Positions 59,229 to 64,000 of a stretch of DNA of 64,000 bases are shown one piece after another; positions within the stretch are counted from its first letter, which is position 1, and the number at the start of each line of letters is the position of its first letter. Both the position numbers and the translations under genes were made by a program. The DNA is from Eledone cirrhosa (Eukaryota). The stretch spans positions 139,996,001-140,060,000 of the forward strand of contig OZ024741.1 in the NCBI GenBank assembly GCA_964016885.1. The letters run 5' to 3'. Under the pieces are notes generated by a model. It saw only the letters and a program-made list of their open reading frames with translations. It was not told the DNA's origin and did no database searches.

Positions 59229-61968
59229 ATCTAGGGCGGGTAAAATTCCCGAAATCCATGGACGAGTTCTCTACAGCGGTCTTTGCCCCTCATTATCGCT
59301 GCCATACCCTGCGTCTCCAACAGAACATCATCTGTCCTTAGAGCATCAACATATGTTAACCTCGGTCTTCTCAACATTTTCTACCAGATACTTTCTCTTA
59401 ATCTCATCCATTCTCAGAACCACACTCATCGACAGAGTCTCAACCTCCTGTATCATATCCTCTCCCTCCTTCACTGTGTTTGTCACCAAAACTATGTCGT
59501 CGGCAAATTCTCCGTCCGATATTTTTTCGCCTTAACTCTCCTGCTCTGAGCCCGTGTTACAGTAAAGCCAGAGTCCTGGTGCTTCCCAGGTGATAAAAAG
59601 GTAGGGAGCCAATGTATCTCCCTCGAGCACTCCAGCCAGTATCTCAAAGGAACTCCGACATCCCATCAGGTGTAATGAATTGGGCTTTGGTGTTGGTTTA
59701 GAGCAGTGATATCAGATTCACTATCTTCTTGGGGATTCCATAAGCCTGTAAGAACTTCATCAGGCAGTGACGGTCCTCAGAATCAAAGTCCTTCCTAAAG
59801 TCAATGAAAACCATGACAGCAGGAAGGCACTTTGCTCTAGCTCTCTCTAATATCCTCCTCGGCATCAGGATGTGACTGATGGTTGATCTTCCCTCTCTGA
59901 AGCCGTTCTGGTTGTCCCTGAGCTTCTTTTCCATCTCAGGCTGGACCCTGTTAAGAATCATCCTGTTGAGGGTCTTTGCCACAAGTGACGTTAGTGAGAC
60001 CCCCCTGTAGTTGTTGGTCTTAGAGAGATCTCCCTTCTTTGGCTCTGAGACGATGTCACTGATCCTCCACTGATTCAGTGCAACTCTTTTCTCCAGTACC
60101 TGGTTACAGAATCCCAGGATGATATCATCAAAATAACACCTCTTCATCACCTCTGATGCCACTCCATCTTCTCCATGAGCCTTGCCCTCCTTGATCTTCT
60201 TGGCTCTCTGAAGCTCCTCTCTGGTGAAGGCCCCTGTCTCAATATCCAGTTCTTCAAACAGCCGTCTTATCTCCCCAGTGTTCTGCGCAGTGGAGGCCGG
60301 CTCTCCTAGTAGGGTCCTAAAATGGTCTACCCATTTCCCCTTCCTATCCTCGGGCCCTGTTCCCTGGATCTGACTCGAACACCTTCTCTTCCTCCCTGTG
60401 ATCTCGTTGATGATCATCCAGCTCTCCTTACAACTAGACCTGCCAACCACTCTCTCCACACTTCTGATCTTCTCTATCAGTGCCTCCTCCCTGGCCTCAG
60501 TGTAAGCGGTAGAGAGTTCATTCCTCATCACTTCCACATTTTCCTTCTTCTCCTCTCTAGGATCAGCATAGAATTGGTCTTTGTCAGCTTTCAGGTGTTC
60601 TCTGGCTGCACATACTTTTGGGTCTGCAGAGCTGACGTGCTTCATTTTGTTCTTTCTCCTTGGCACCAGCGTCTCACGTGCTTCCGCCTCTGAATTTGTG
60701 AAGTACCCGTACCTCCGCGTCACACTCTCCTCAGTCCATCCAATTTATCTCTCCTCTGTCTCTCCACACAGAGCACTGAGCATGTTACTCACTTCTACTG
60801 TGAACCTCTCCTGTACCTTATCATCTTCCTTGAAAGCCCTCCAGTCATAGATTGCTCTCCAGGGCTGAGCCTTGCTCTTTCTTAAGTTCACTCGGACCTC
60901 ATTCATAACAAGCCGGTGGTCACTACCCAGTGTACTCACATAGTTGTATGGGTCTGTGCTCAGAACACTATTCAGCCACTTTTTCCTCACCAGAATGAAA
61001 TCAATCTGGACAGATGCATATCTGAGATGTATATCCACATCTTCCCCGGATTCTTCCTAAACCTTAGGTAGGTTACTATCAAGTACACCTCCATCAGGGT
61101 GTCTCTCAGTAGTCTTCGATTTCGATTGGTGTTATTATGGAAGTACCAGCAATGATATTCACTGCCCTCCTTACTCAGATGTGCATTGAAGTCCCCCAGA
61201 ACAAGCAGGATATTGTGTGCTGTTGTGGTGTTGGCAGCTCTACACATCTCATGAAACTCTTCCGCACTCACATCAGTCTCCCTCGGTTGGACTATAGGCT
61301 GCGATGACTGTCAGTGTTGGGTTTCCATTGAAGGTCACCTTCAAACCTTGCGGGGACACAGGTATTATTTCCCTCACCAATAGACTGGCTTTGTGGTGAA
61401 AACAGAACCCACTCCTCCTACTGCAACATTGGTCATGTTCTTCACTACCGATGTGGTGATGAGCTGGCTCATCTTCCCAATCATCTCACTCCTCACAGGC
61501 TCATCGTGTATGATCATGTGTTCTTGGGTCGCAAGTACCTGTATAACACTCTGCTCAAACAAATGACCCAACTCCTCTCTCTTCTCCAGGGTCAATATAA
61601 TATTCACATTCAAATTGCCCATTTTGATGGCTCTTCTGCAGGATAAAACTGCATTTTATATATTTGTCCCATAGACTGATGATCCATCATCCACTGGCCC
61701 TCCCTGTGGCTCTAAGCCAGCAGAGTCATAACGGCCAGACTGCTCCTTGGCAGTGTAGTTAGGGGCTCTAACCCTAGTACTGTTAGATAGACCCTCCATA
61801 TTTCTTTTCAATGGCTGATAATACCTTACCGGCGCCACCCGAATAAGGTATTTATTTAACCCATAAATGGGACCCTAACAGGTACTACTACTCCCGGCCA
61901 GAGCAGACCTGGGGGTTATTACAACTAAGGGGTAAATCCACATTCCCCACACCGTTATACCCGGGACA
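59229..61968 (-). mobile_element. RTE-clade LINE, decayed, with internal deletion after the RT core
   Basis: APE motifs GNLNV, ATQEH, VLGDFNAH, QIDFILVRKKW, SDH. RT motifs PKKGDLSKTNNYRGVSLTS, QNGFREGRST, FIDFRKDFDS, GVLEGDTLAPYLF, FADDIV. Single ORF with no ORF1. (TA)n at both ends. Confidence 0.88.
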
Positions 61969-61975
61969 TTTATGT

Positions 61976-62026
<51 letters not shown>

Positions 62027-62794
62027 AAAATGAGGTTTTTCTCTGTATATATATATATATATATATATGAAAAAGTTTGTCCTCATCAGTGGCCTTCCAA
62101 CCGTCGTAGGCATTTCGTCGCATTAAAGGCCATATACCTCAGGTTGGTGCGAGCAACGGCTAAACAAAGTCGTTGGGACACATAAATAAAGGGGACGCTA
62201 GGGTAAACAAACAAAATGGTTTAAGCAACAGAAAGTGATGAAGAAGAAAGAAACAAGTCCCAGATTTCTCTGAATATAAATTCGGTGGAATCGTGAACGA
62301 GAGAATAAAGACCATCAAACCTGGTTGAAATGTGAGCAAGGAAAGAATTTCGCACAGGTCTAACGGGAAGAAGAAGGAGTTTGGTCTGCGAATTCGGTAA
62401 ACATAAGTTCTGTGAAGTCGCAGACGAGTGAGAGAGAAGAAAAATTAATACCGGCTTGGCCAAGTGCCCGCGAGAAAAGGATTACGGACAGGTCAAACGG
62501 GAAGAAAGAGGAGGAGGAGAGGTAGTGACAGAGAGTGAGTGAGTGAAAGGTGAGGAAGAGGCTGACAGAGGGAGAGAGACTGCTAGATAGGTTAAAGACA
62601 CAAAGAACGAAACAGACAGGTGGCAGCGGAGGAAAAAATATATGTGTAAATATGATAATAATGGAGCTGCGGCGCTGCAAATGGGTTACATACATATATA
62701 CATATATTAGAAAATGAAGTTTTTTTACAAAATGAAAAGAAACGAGATATCCTACACGAGTGAAAGTATAAGGAAAAAAGATGAAATCAAAAAT

Positions 62795-62879
<85 letters not shown>

Positions 62880-62904
62880 CACATATATATATATATATAT
62901 ATGT

Positions 62905-62999
<95 letters not shown>

Positions 63000-63004
63000 C
63001 ACAA

Positions 63005-63071
<67 letters not shown>

Positions 63072-63190
63072 TATATATATATATATACACATATATATAT
63101 ATATGATGGCTGCCCCCTCGTTATCGAGTATGGCCATTGCACAATAAAAAAAAAAAAAAATAAAAAATAAAAAAATAAAAAAATAAAAAA

Positions 63191-63275
<85 letters not shown>

Positions 63276-63437
63276 AAAGGGAAAAGATATATATATATAT
63301 ATATACACACATATATATACATACATATATATATACACATACACATACACACACACATACATACATATACATACATATATACACACACACATACATACAC
63401 ATACACTCACACATATATACACACATACATTAATAAC

Positions 63438-63477
<40 letters not shown>

Positions 63478-63594
63478 GCAATAATAATAATAACGACAAC
63501 AACAATAATAATATACATATTCATATATATATACACACACACGCACGCACATAAGCATATCTACACACACACACACACAAACACACGATAGCAA

Positions 63595-64000
63595 CTAACA
63601 GTGCTGCGATCGAATGTGGCTTTTTAGCCCAGCCAATGATCTAAAATGTCTTGCACAGAGTCGGCAACCAAAACATTTACTGGGAATAGTCGGCTGTGGT
63701 TGGAGTTCGTGTACTCTTGCATGTCGCTTGAGTCCTCCTGCTGATTTACATTCTCTACCACATGTTTGGCAAGCATGATGAGTAGCATCTCCAACAGCAG
63801 CCTGGTAGTCAACCACTGGTCTTACTTTATGACTGCGAAGATGACTTTCGAGTCCAGCTTTGCTTAGGCAGAGTCTCGCACAGACGCTGCATGTCAGAAA
63901 CATAGGAGGACCCTCGCCGTCTGGAAGTGCAACAGCAATACCCTTCCTCACGTCCCGCTTTACTTTCTCGTGTGCGATTCGAGATGCCTCAAAGGCAACT
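63595..64000 (-). mobile_element. C-terminus of a probable RTE/BovB-like LINE ORF with three C2H2 zinc fingers (continues beyond the window)
   Basis: ..FEASRIAHEKVKRDVRK, then CSVCARLCLSKAGLESHLRSH, CQTCGRECKSAGGLKRHARVH and CRLCARHFRSLAGLKSHIRSQH. No TGEKP linkers. The stop is followed directly by microsatellite. Confidence 0.6.

Overview
Eukaryotic, very AT-rich and repeat-saturated genomic DNA. It is most consistent with a coleoid cephalopod (Octopus-like); this is inferred from the huge (TA)n arrays and the SINE/LINE content, not from a database search. The only well-supported host coding sequence is the terminal exon (57198-57497, +) of a Cys-loop ligand-gated anion-channel subunit (TM4), so most of the window upstream is probably intron. 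Mobile content: about 11 copies of a tRNA-type SINE; two decayed Penelope-like (PLE) retroelements plus a PLE GIY-YIG fragment; an R4/Dong-type RLE LINE inside (TAA)n; a near full-length Tx1/L1-type LINE and a truncated sibling inside (GATA)n; two 3' fragments of a related Tx1 family at (ATT)n; and RTE-clade LINEs. The most striking unexplained structure is more than a dozen perfect or near-perfect inverted-repeat (fold-back) elements from many unrelated sequence families, nearly all embedded in (TA)n. Several carry a minimal hammerhead-ribozyme motif (stem I-CTGANGA-stem II-GAAA-palindromic stem III-NUH-stem I'), and one non-coding unit of about 490 bp has a retrozyme-like layout. Almost all ORF-track entries (YI/IY repeats) are microsatellite artefacts. 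All alignments and folds were done by eye.
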